A DNA stretch of 64,000 nucleotides from Antedon mediterranea (taxonomy: Eukaryota > Animalia > Echinodermata), in the NCBI RefSeq assembly GCF_964355755.1, contig NC_092679.1, forward strand, positions 14,739,432-14,803,431, written 5' to 3'. The notes beneath the pieces were generated by a model, which saw nothing but the letters and a program-made list of their open reading frames with translations, ran no database searches and was not told the origin of the DNA. The position numbers were made by a program, and so were the translations under genes. Positions within the stretch are counted from its first letter, which is position 1, and each line of letters opens with the position of its first letter. This document shows, in pieces, positions 27,117-37,343 of the stretch.

Positions 27117-27335
27117 TCAAGTCAAATCAAGTGTCATTTATTGTCATTTGTTTTAAGAAAAAAACAAAACAATTCTGTTTGCTCTGTTGGCAGAACACAA
27201 TATCCAACGGACACAACACGTACTCAAAACAAAAACATTTTAAAAAGTGTCAACATGATGTCTAAGGCTCTAATAGCTCCTGGAAAGAAACTATTTGTAA
27301 ATCGTGCCTTATTGGCCTTAATAATTTGCTTATGA
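27117..27335 (-). mobile_element. 5'-truncated LINE 3' end (Rex-Babar/L2-like)
   Basis: The minus strand translates KANKARFTNSFFPGAIRAL, the typical ORF2 C-terminal motif RFxNSFFPxAIR. It is followed by a 3'UTR with AATAAA and an (ACTTG)n tail; second copy at 35504-35708. Confidence 0.7.
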
Positions 27336-28581
27336 TACTGGACATTAGGGTGGAGATATCGGACATTAATGTGGAGATACAAAGAATCAGCCCAACCCTG
27401 TCAATAACCGATACTGTGGGCCATTTCGTTGAAACCTACTTGCAATAACTGACGACATGCAATCTATTCAAAGCAACATTTTCCTATTAAGGAATCCAAC
27501 AAATAGTTTCCTATTAATGTGTCCCCTGAATTGGGGTGTCCCAGAAGAGGTGATCTACTACTGTATAGTCAGAATGTCTTTTTTTATGAAGATGTAAAAA
27601 ATAATATGACGATTTTAATATAATTATAATACAATTATTCAGTATACCTGTACATTTATGAAACTTTATTTCCTTCACATATCGTTGATTTATATCAGTG
27701 CATTTTAATGTACAGCTATATATTGTTCTCATTATAAAATCAATCGATTGTCGGTAATGTATCAATATTTTGTCCAGTATCATAGACCAGTCTGTGATAC
27801 GGTGTCACATAGTATTAAAACCAATATAACCCTAACATAGTACAGGCGTAACATGTGATACATATGTGATACTGTATATACTGAATTCGCCTATGATTAA
27901 AATTATGTGGAGATCAGTATACAGAATCGAGTTTATACATTGATAAATGTGCTAAATTATATTATTATTTATTTAGAACTAACTAATACTGTTGGCAACT
28001 CAAGTCTTTAATTCTACAGTAATAACACTTTTATTTATGTGTAAAAAAAGCCAAAATCATTATTAATAATTTATTCAGATTGTATTCACATAAAGGTATA
28101 GTGCACCAACTTGGCAGCTAGAGTCTTTAATAATGATATCGATAATTATGATCTTTGACAACAAATATGTTTTTGATTATTATTTAATGCAATTCTACTA
28201 TTATTATTTAAATTGGGAAATCAGTAATATACAGACAGTACACGCTATTTACAGTAGCCCGCGCCAAATTATCTTGGCTGGTTCAGGTGATTTTCGTTCA
28301 ATATTCAGACTTAGTTATTTACACGGTTCCTATCCACCACATTTTGCGATAATTAGCCTATGAAACCAACTTACTCGGGTAAATAACTAAATATGAACGG
28401 GCCTATATGGTTATAATAATTATATTACAATTCAGAGAGGCTGTGTATTCCATAAGTGTCAAAACTCTCTTTAACTAACTCGGCATTAGAAATTGAACGT
28501 GTGTGAACGCACTTTATACTATAACGGTAACATTTCTATCAAATTAATTAATAAAATATTCATAAACGTAAAAACTCGTCA

Positions 28582-29712
28582 TCAATTGTGTCTAAATAAC
28601 TCAACAGGTGCCGTGTATGTATCAACAAGTGACGTCCTCCTGTCGGGTATCCTGTGCTCTTGTGTGTGATTATTATTGTTCGTCTGCTGTAGGGGAGGGT
28701 TTCGTAAATTCGCCAACATATCAATGTATTCACACGACCCATATTGTAGTTCTGTCGGTTTTACATATTCTTGTATGTTATACGAACGTTTCACTGTATC
28801 ATATACAGAATCCATGCTTTTAGACTTGTGAAACATCGCTTCCCTGTGCAATTTGTTAGCGGGATGATGTCTGTTATGCCGCTTGCGAGATGGGGGAACA
28901 GGTTTTGCAACACGCGGAGGAGGTAAAGCTGGAGGTTGAGGTTTCTGGTGGTATGATGTCAAATCTAAATCAACATGATAGCGTTCAGATGACGCTGTGC
29001 TTGATGTGTTGGTCGGTTGATTTAGACTCATGTAATGTTCATCTGGAATGACCGCTCGCCCGCGTTCACATCGTTTTGTTGCTCTGTCAAGATACGGAAC
29101 TTTTGACGCGTGTCGACGACGTATTAAATTGACTGCTATGACAATACCGATAAACACACCGATGCATCCCATCACTAGGCCTACACCAATGGCTGTTCCT
29201 ACCCCAGAACTATGCTTCTCATCCTCAGATTTTGAATTACGATTATCGAAGTTGACTGTCCTTCCTTTAAATATCACCGTTTGTGTTGAGTGAGGCTGCA
29301 TTAGCTCCATTATCCGCACTGTAACACTCTGTGACCATACTTGCCCCAAATCATTCGTTACTTCGCAAACAAACTCCTTATTATGGTCGTGACCGTTTAG
29401 ATGGATCACTTCCAATGTTCGTTTTTTATCCCTTTCAGCTAATTTAAACGGTTCCATTAACATATGAAATGGTACTTTCCATCTATATTCCTGTACGTTC
29501 TGAATACCATGCGCTACGCAGCGCAAAGTCAGGTTCATGCCTCTTTCAACGATAGGATCATGCGGAATGATCTCCACGTTTGGCTGAGAATATCTAATCC
29601 ACGGTCCATCATAATCACTCGAAGATGTATGGAATTCGGTTGGTAAAACATTTCCAAAAGAACAATATACAGTATGAACGCATATTAAGGCGAGTATAGT
29701 TAATACGTTCAT
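28582..29712 (-). CDS. Type-I membrane protein with an intronless CDS: 1 Ig-like domain, and a proline-rich, tyrosine-motif tail (376 aa)
   Basis: Signal peptide MNVLTILALICVHTVYC. Ig NLTLRC..YRW..DHNKEFVC. TM GVGTAIGVGLVMGCIGVFIGIVIAVNLI followed by RRRH. Tail with HYMSL, PPALPPPR/PVPPSR, SVYDTV, EYVKP, EYIDM and TYTAP. Confidence 0.9.
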   Translation of the reverse strand: MNVLTILALICVHTVYCSFGNVLPTEFHTSSSDYDGPWIRYSQPNVEIIPHDPIVERGMNLTLRCVAHGIQNVQEYRWKVPFHMLMEPFKLAERDKKRTLEVIHLNGHDHNKEFVCEVTNDLGQVWSQSVTVRIMELMQPHSTQTVIFKGRTVNFDNRNSKSEDEKHSSGVGTAIGVGLVMGCIGVFIGIVIAVNLIRRRHASKVPYLDRATKRCERGRAVIPDEHYMSLNQPTNTSSTASSERYHVDLDLTSYHQKPQPPALPPPRVAKPVPPSRKRHNRHHPANKLHREAMFHKSKSMDSVYDTVKRSYNIQEYVKPTELQYGSCEYIDMLANLRNPPLQQTNNNNHTQEHRIPDRRTSLVDTYTAPVELFRHN

Positions 29713-30423
29713 GTTGCCTTACTTTAAACAACCCAACTTCACAGTACAGTTTTCCGATCGCAAATGATTGATGGTAAAATCATCAGCAGTTTTTGTTTTG
29801 ATATTAGTAATATTCTGAACCGTTCTGCTACTGATTAAGCTCGTTATGTTTTCATTTACTTATAGACTATAACTTCACGTCAACAGTCCCTATTGAAGTA
29901 TTAGGGGAAGTTACGCATTACGTACCGGATAATACACTATTAACCAATAGATCAATCTATGAAAAACATTGCTTGCTGAACAAAATAGCTAAAATCATTA
30001 ACGAAAGTTAATTTTATAACTTGGATTATTTATTAAAATGAATTATTAATCCTTTAATATGATACAAAACACGGTTTCTCTTGCTTGTTTTCAATAAAAA
30101 AAATGCTAAGCTTTCGGTTTAACGAATTTAATCAGTGACATGAGATCCTCAGAGACGTCCTTTGTGGCAATGAATGCATTTTTTAGATGTGTTATTGCAT
30201 TAATTATATGTCGTATAATACTCTGAAAGAGCGTCTTCGTCACTGGCTGTGTTTTAAATACTATATAGACATATCTGACTCATTCATAATTATAATTTTA
30301 TTCTTCTACATTTCACTCTAAAAAGTCAAAGTAAAATTATATTGGCATAACAAAAATTATACATTAAATATGTATCGAAATCGCAAGTAGAAAGCATTTG
30401 GAGTTCCGACCCTCTTAAAGCTC

Positions 30424-30576
30424 TATCTACACTATCAAACTAGTTTGACTAAAAAAGTGTGATGTGCCCAAATATGGTAGTGATATACCCAAATATGGTA
30501 ATGATATGACATCATCATGTCCATATATGGGCACATCACATTTTTTTGGTCACATAAAGTTTGGTAGTGAAGACAT
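30424..30576. mobile_element. Palindromic MITE-like element
   Basis: The left arm tctacactatcaaact..aaaaaagtgtgatgtgccca pairs with the right arm tgggcacatcacattttttt..agtttggtagtgaaga; internal cccaaatatggta is duplicated. Confidence 0.7.
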
Positions 30577-30769
30577 TTTACACAGACAAGTGGTAACGAT
30601 AGGCGGGAAAACGCGTGTTTGTCCCACGTACAATGTGTATCTATGTGTTTCCGTTCAACCACCCGTCCGCTCGCTCAGCGTTTTGTGTAAATGGTCATAA
30701 GAAATAGCATAGATATTCTACATAACGTTTACAGCTTACCGTTACTGCTCGTTCAGTTGGTTACTATAT

Positions 30770-33312
30770 AATAATTTACATGCGCAGATGTTACCTTAAC
30801 ACATTGTATTTCAAAAAGTAGATGTTTTTACCAATTTTTTTTCAAATGAGGACTCTTTATATTTGTACATAGGCCTAACTGGTTACTAAATCATAATTGG
30901 CCTGTTCAGAATCACATAATGTGTTCTGCGCATGTTACCTCAACATATTTTAATAAGTCAATAATGCCCATTACAAAAAATTCCCTGTACACGGAGATTT
31001 TCTAAAAAGGACAAAATTTGGACCCTTTTATTTGTTGACATATAATAATTGCTATGCGCAGAATAACAAAATGTGTTCTGCATGTTACCTCAATACCTTT
31101 TTTAATAAGTAGATATTTTGGCAAGTTTATAAGAAAAAATCTTTGTACTATTGTACAGGGAAATTTTCGAAAAAAAACCCTTTAATTTTGTTGACATAAC
31201 TGGTTACTATAACATAATTGGCATGCGCAGAATCACATGATGTGTTCTGCGCATGTTACTTGAACATGTTTCAAAAGTTCGATATCCGTGTAAAGTACTA
31301 TAGTAAAAATAATTCTAGAAAAATCGGAATCTTTCATTTTGTTGACATAACTGGCTACAGCTATAGCATATTTGGCATGCGCAGAACCACATATTGTGTT
31401 CTGCGCATGTTATCTAAACATATTTTAATAATTCGATATTTTGGCATTTTTTTGATAAAATCACTGTACTATAGTACAGAGAAATTTTCGAAAAATGGCC
31501 AAATTTAGACCCTTTATATTTTGACATAAATGGTTACTATCATAATTGACATGCGCAGAAACACATAATGTGTTCTGCGCATGTTACCTCAACATATTTT
31601 AAAAAGTTGATATTTTGTCAATTTTTCGAAAAAATCCCTGGGAAATTTTCGAAAAAATTGACAAATTTGGAACCCTTTCATTTTGTTGACATAACTGGTT
31701 ACTATAAGATAATTGGCTTGCGCAGATGTTCTGCGCATGTTACCTCAATATATTTTAATAAGACGATATTTTGGCAATTTTTTGATAAAATCACTGTAGG
31801 CCTACTATAGAACAGAGAAATTTCGAAAAATGGCCAAATTTAGACCCTTTATATTTTGACATAAATGGTTACTATATCATAATTGACATGCGCAGAAACA
31901 CATAATGTGTTCTGCGCATGTTACCTCAACATATTTTAAAAAGTCGATATTTTGTCAATTTTTCGAAAAAATCCCTGTGAAATTTTCGAAAAATTGCCAA
32001 ATTTGGGCCCTTTCATTTTGTAGACATATAACTGGTTACAGCTATATCATAATTGGCATGCGCACAAACACATAATGTGTTCTGCGCATGTTATCTAAAA
32101 ATATTTTAATAATTCGACATTTTGGCAATTTTTTGATAAAATCACTGTACTATATTACAGAGCGTTTTCGAAAAATTGGCAAATTTAGACCCTTTATATT
32201 TTGACATAAATGGTTACTATATCATAATTGACATGCGCAGACCCTTTTATTTTGTTGACATTTAACTGGTTATTATAAGATAATTGGCTTGCGCAGATGT
32301 TCTGCGCATGTTACCTCAATATATTTTAATAAGACGATATTTTGGCAATTTTTTGATAAAATCACTGTAGGCCTACTATAGAACAGGGAAATTTTCGAAA
32401 AATTGCCAAATTCGGGCCCTTTCATTTTGTAGACATAACTGGTTACAGCTATATCATAATTGGCCTGCGCACAAACACATTATGTGTTCTGCGCATGTTA
32501 TCTCAACATATTTTAATTATTCGATATTTTGGCAATTTTTTTATAAAATCAAAATGGCCAAATTTAGACCAATCAATCAATCAAAGTAACATTTATTTTT
32601 GACATAAATGGTTACTATATCATAATTGACATGGGAAACACATAATGTGTTCTGCGCATGTTACCTCAACATATTTTAAAAAGTCGATATTTTGTCAATT
32701 TTTCGAAAAAATCCATGGAAACTTTTCGAAAAATTGAAAAATTTGGAACCCTTTCATTTTGTTGACATATAACTGGTTACTATAAGATAATTGGCTTGCG
32801 CAGATGTTCTGCGCATGTTACCTCAATATATTTTAATAAGACGATATTTTGGCAATTTTTTGATAAAATCACTGTACTATAAGTACAGAGAAATTTTCGA
32901 AAAATTGCCAAATTTTGACCCTTTTATTTTTTGAAATAAATAGTTACTACTGCATATCATAATTGGCATGCGCAGAAACATTGTTACCTCAGCATATTTC
33001 AAAAAAATATTTTGGCCTTTTTTTGGAAAATGCTTGTACTAATAGTACTGTAGGCTAATATAATGTGACATGCGCAGACACAAATAACGTGGCTTGCGCA
33101 TGTTACGTTGATAAATATTTTAAAAAGTCAACATTTTGGCCATTCTTCGAAAATATACGTGAAATGTACTGTCTTGTCCATGTTACCTTAATACTTTTTT
33201 TGGGTCGATATTTTAGCCATATTTCGAAAAATCCCAAAACTTTCACCTTACAAAATAATGTGTTCTGCGCATGTTACTTCAATACATATTTTTTAAAATC
33301 GATATTTTGGGC
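30770..33312. repeat. Complex tandem satellite, units about 160-185 bp, each with a CATGCGCAGAA..TTCTGCGCATG hairpin
   Basis: More than a dozen recurrences of gacataactggttacta..taattggcatgcgcaga..tgttctgcgcatgttacctcaa..cgatattttg..ttttcgaaaaa, in alternating subtypes. Confidence 0.93.
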
Positions 33313-33648
33313 ATAGTGATATACGTGGGCATATAATAATATTATCAAATACAAATTAAATTTTCTTATCCCTATAGTACATGGATTTTGTCGAAAAGAA
33401 TTTCGCCCCATAAAGCGGTCAACTTGATGGATGGTAATAGCAATACTATCCCATTCTTGTTACATTTTACACAGTTCATTTTTCTGTTGATTTTGTAAAA
33501 ATTCCTTAAAAGAAATTTTAGATAAAAAGAGTTAAACTATGATAAAATAGTATTTAATTAAAATCAAATACGACAACGATCATTATCCTTTCGTTATAAA
33601 CAGAAAATGAAACAAAACACATCAAACTATAATACAATAATTCTCAAT

Positions 33649-33880
33649 GGAGTTGTGGCTTGGTGGTTATGGTGCTTGGCTACCACTCAAAGGGTCCTGG
33701 GTTCAAGTCCTGTCACATGTCAGAATTTTTCTTCACTTCACTCCCAAAGACTTGTAATAAGACTTTGTTTATGTAGAGCATCTTGTGTATATGTTTGTCT
33801 TGTGAACCTCTGAGGGTCCCTAATGATCAGCAATAGCTGGATGGATCACCCTCATTAAATATGGTGTTAAAAAAAAAAAA
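33649..33880 (+). mobile_element. tRNA-derived SINE of a second family
   Basis: A box TGGCTTGGTGG, B box GGTTCAAGTCC and a terminal poly(A). The 3' part gagggtc..ggatgga..ccct..attaa resembles 12080-12130. Confidence 0.6.
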
Positions 33881-35503
33881 TATTAACCACCCATCCAAAA
33901 TAAGCAAGTAAATTACGTGTGTAGTGGCACTTTTGAATAGGCAAAAAACAAATAAACATGATAACGTCATATATTTATGTTTCATAATTTAATCTTTCAT
34001 ATAAAACACATCAACTTACATTCATACACATTTTAATTAAAAAAAAAAAAAAAAAAAAAATCAACTTTAAACCAAACAAAAACATCAACCAAATCAAATA
34101 TAAAACACAACATAGGATGTTCCAACAATGAAAATTACACGGTAAAACCATGTCAACACATTATAATATTTTTAAATAATAAAATCACAATCTTGAATTG
34201 GAATAAAATAAAAATATTTCTTCCAATTAATCACGCATATCTTTAAAAAATATTTTCACGTATATATCTTAGTTTTTCTATAAAAAGCTTTCCTTAATAT
34301 TTACATTATTATACATTAGAAACACGTACATTAACACACGTACCGTTAACAGTATACATTTTACACTAGTTACATCATAATGTATTTACAACTGAACGGT
34401 CAATCTTAAATTTTACTACTTGTTTTATTCTTATCCAGAAATTGATAACATGGCGTAGGAATCTTCCTTTTTCTAACAAAAAACTAATTTAAGTAGTTCC
34501 GGATAAAGAGATGAAGAGAACTATAAAATACAATTTTAAAAATTAGTTAGGAAGATATCACTGCTTTGGCAAAATAATATTATAATTTAAAAATTCTATA
34601 ATTTAATAAATGCTCAATTGCATTAATTAAGACATTTCTTCCATGTGTAATCGTATTATGTACGTTTTTTCTTGTAACTATTTTAATCGTGTTCTTTTTT
34701 AACCTTAAAATAGAAAATTCATTTACATGTTGTATTTGACAATAACATTTGACCTTGAATTTCTTAATAATAATAGATAATAAACATTGAGTTAAAAAAC
34801 AGTTGTTTAAATAGATTCAATTAAATGTGGGAAGTGTAAATCACTTTATTAAAGTCTGTAATTAATTTTGCAACAGAGGTGAACCAGGTACACCCGAGTA
34901 TTTTATTTACAGGATCTCATTTGAGCATCTTGTATGGTGATTACAATGTTTATGTTTAATAGAAGCGGAATATGATTGTAAGGCAGAGGGCAAAATGATG
35001 CATCATCAATACAATCGTTGTGAAAAGACGTAAACAAAGTAGTCAGTTAGACGCATATACATCGAATTGGCATTAGTAACAAAACATATTCAATTATTGA
35101 CGTTATACGCGATCGTGAATCAACCTTAATTTAGTATACTATGAGATATCTGGAGCTGATGAGTTCAAAAGAGACAATTACATCTTTATAATGGAACAGG
35201 ATATGATTCAATGGCTGTTTGGACGATACGGGGTTGGAAAGTACTTCAGTATAACATCCTTTATTATAGCCTTAACACAGAATAAAATCAATAACTTCCG
35301 GTCTGTTTTGAAATATCTGAACAATAAATCGTCATCAGCTACAAAACTATGTTGACCTTGACCTTGATAATAATTTTATGATTTCAATCATGATTAAAAT
35401 TAGCTTAACAAAATTGTAAAGTAATTGTCATTTAAAAAAAAATTAATTTGATATTATTGAATTTGACCAATTGAAGGATTCAATTTATGGTGTTCCAATC
35501 AAA

Positions 35504-35708
35504 TCACTCTTTTTCTTTAAACAGTTTCTTTCCAGGATCTATTAGAGCCTTAAATATGATGTAGACACTTTTTTTTGTAATGTTTTTGTTTTTGAGTTCG
35601 TGTTGTGTCCGTTGGATATTGTGCTCCGCCAACAGAGCAAACAGAATTTCTATGTTTTTCCTAAAACAAATGATAATAAATGATACTTGACTTGACTTGA
35701 CTTGACTT
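35504..35708 (+). mobile_element. 5'-truncated LINE 3' end, same family as 27117-27335
   Basis: agtttctttccagga..attagagcctta..gtgttgtgtccgttggatattgtg..ccaacagagcaaacagaatt, then aataaa and (ACTTG)n. Confidence 0.7.
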
Positions 35709-36554
35709 AAAACTTGAACCAACCAACATAAAGTTAACATTTAAAATGTGGATATGTATGTCACAATGTGTCTATAATTTATATCACATGATTTTCATAT
35801 TACAAAATTAAAATGTGTAATTTGAACCAGAAATATGATCGTCACATTAACAATATGTCTGAGCTTGTGAAGTTAATTATTATATCCCTATTACTATAGA
35901 AAAGAATTACATATCATGATTTGCATATTTTAAATTAACATATCATTATCATATTATTAATGTATTATCAACATATCATTAACATATCATTAGCATATTA
36001 TTAACATGTTATGTCAAGCACACAAAATTATACAGATTGTTAAATTTCTTTCATTAGAATAATTAAATCTTACATAATTATATAAACAGTAAAATAATAT
36101 TCAAATTAAACTGTTCCACATGATTTTAAAATGCTTCTATAAAATAATAGTCATAAAATTAATCGATGGTTTGAAATTTTCAAGGTGGTATTTTACAACA
36201 AGGTATTACACTCACAACCAAGAATAATATTCAAACTTAAACAAATTTATATCGCATTTACAATTTATAAATCATAAATGCATTCACAAAATTTATAATG
36301 GGTTTAATTATCAATAACAGAAACAGCAATTCTGTTTGACTACTAAATTGTATAACAAGAAACTCTAGTACTTTTATTATGATTATAAGATACACAATCA
36401 ATTGAAATGTTGTTTCTTCAATATACATCATGATTTTATTTTGAATTCTATTTTTAAATTTTCCAGTAATTCCATCATTCATAATGTTATGTAAATGTTT
36501 TTTTAACTATATTTTTTAAAAGCCAAAGGAAATCTTATGTAATTTTTGGAGAAA

Positions 36555-36740
36555 TAAATATATCTTATCTTAGACCATTAAACTAATCATTGTTTTATTG
36601 AAGGATTGGTTAGTGCTATGGCTAAATACAGTAATGTGAAATAAGAAATAAATATATCTTATCTTAGACCATGAAATTAATCATTGTTTTATTGAAGGAT
36701 TGTTTAGTGCTATGGCTAAATACAGTAATGTGAAATAAGT
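36555..36740. repeat. Tandem duplication of about 93 bp (2 copies)
   Basis: aaataaatatatcttatcttagaccat..gctaaatacagtaatgtgaaataag occurs twice. Confidence 0.9.
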
Positions 36741-37135
36741 TTTTCTGACAATGGTGTGTATTTTATGAATGTCAACATTCAATCAATGAATATTTAAGAA
36801 GAAAGTTATTAGGAGGAAGAGAAGTTTACATTTTCCTATCACATATCATCAAATACGCCTTTACTGTTTTAAATAAGTATCATATATTGATATTTTTCCT
36901 TATAACTTTGTGTTCGAATTTTAGAAAGGTTTGGCATTTCACAATCAATTAACACTTCCTTTAAATGCACCAAATTTTAATACTAGTACTTGAGGTATAG
37001 CATGTGTTAATAAAGCAATTAACTCTAGGGTCAAAATTAAAATTGCTTTTCAGGATAATTACAGCTTATCACTAATGTATTGCACTGATTTTTGGCAAAA
37101 AAAAAAAGTTAATATACTCAAGGTTTAAAACAAAT

Positions 37136-37343
37136 TTATGTGGGTGGCGGTCCATTTGTGTATGTGAGCATCGGTTGTAACGATCGAGCAAAATTGTTCA
37201 TCAACAAACAACTGTAGTCTTCTTCAGTCATCGGGACGAGGCAGGCGACGCCTAGCAACAGGATCATCAGAAGATGGAGTGGAAGAGCGGCACGGAAAAC
37301 ACGGCCAAAGAAGGCTGGACGTTTAGCTGGACTTGCTGCATTC
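37136..37343 (-). CDS. SYNE1: SYNE terminal exon: KASH domain; missed by the ORF track
   Basis: [58 protein letters not shown]. Confidence 0.97.

Noticed and set aside
33649-33720. Possible tRNA gene (also 24925-24995)
   Set aside because: A and B boxes are present, but there is no convincing cloverleaf, and a body plus A-rich tail follows, so these are SINE heads.
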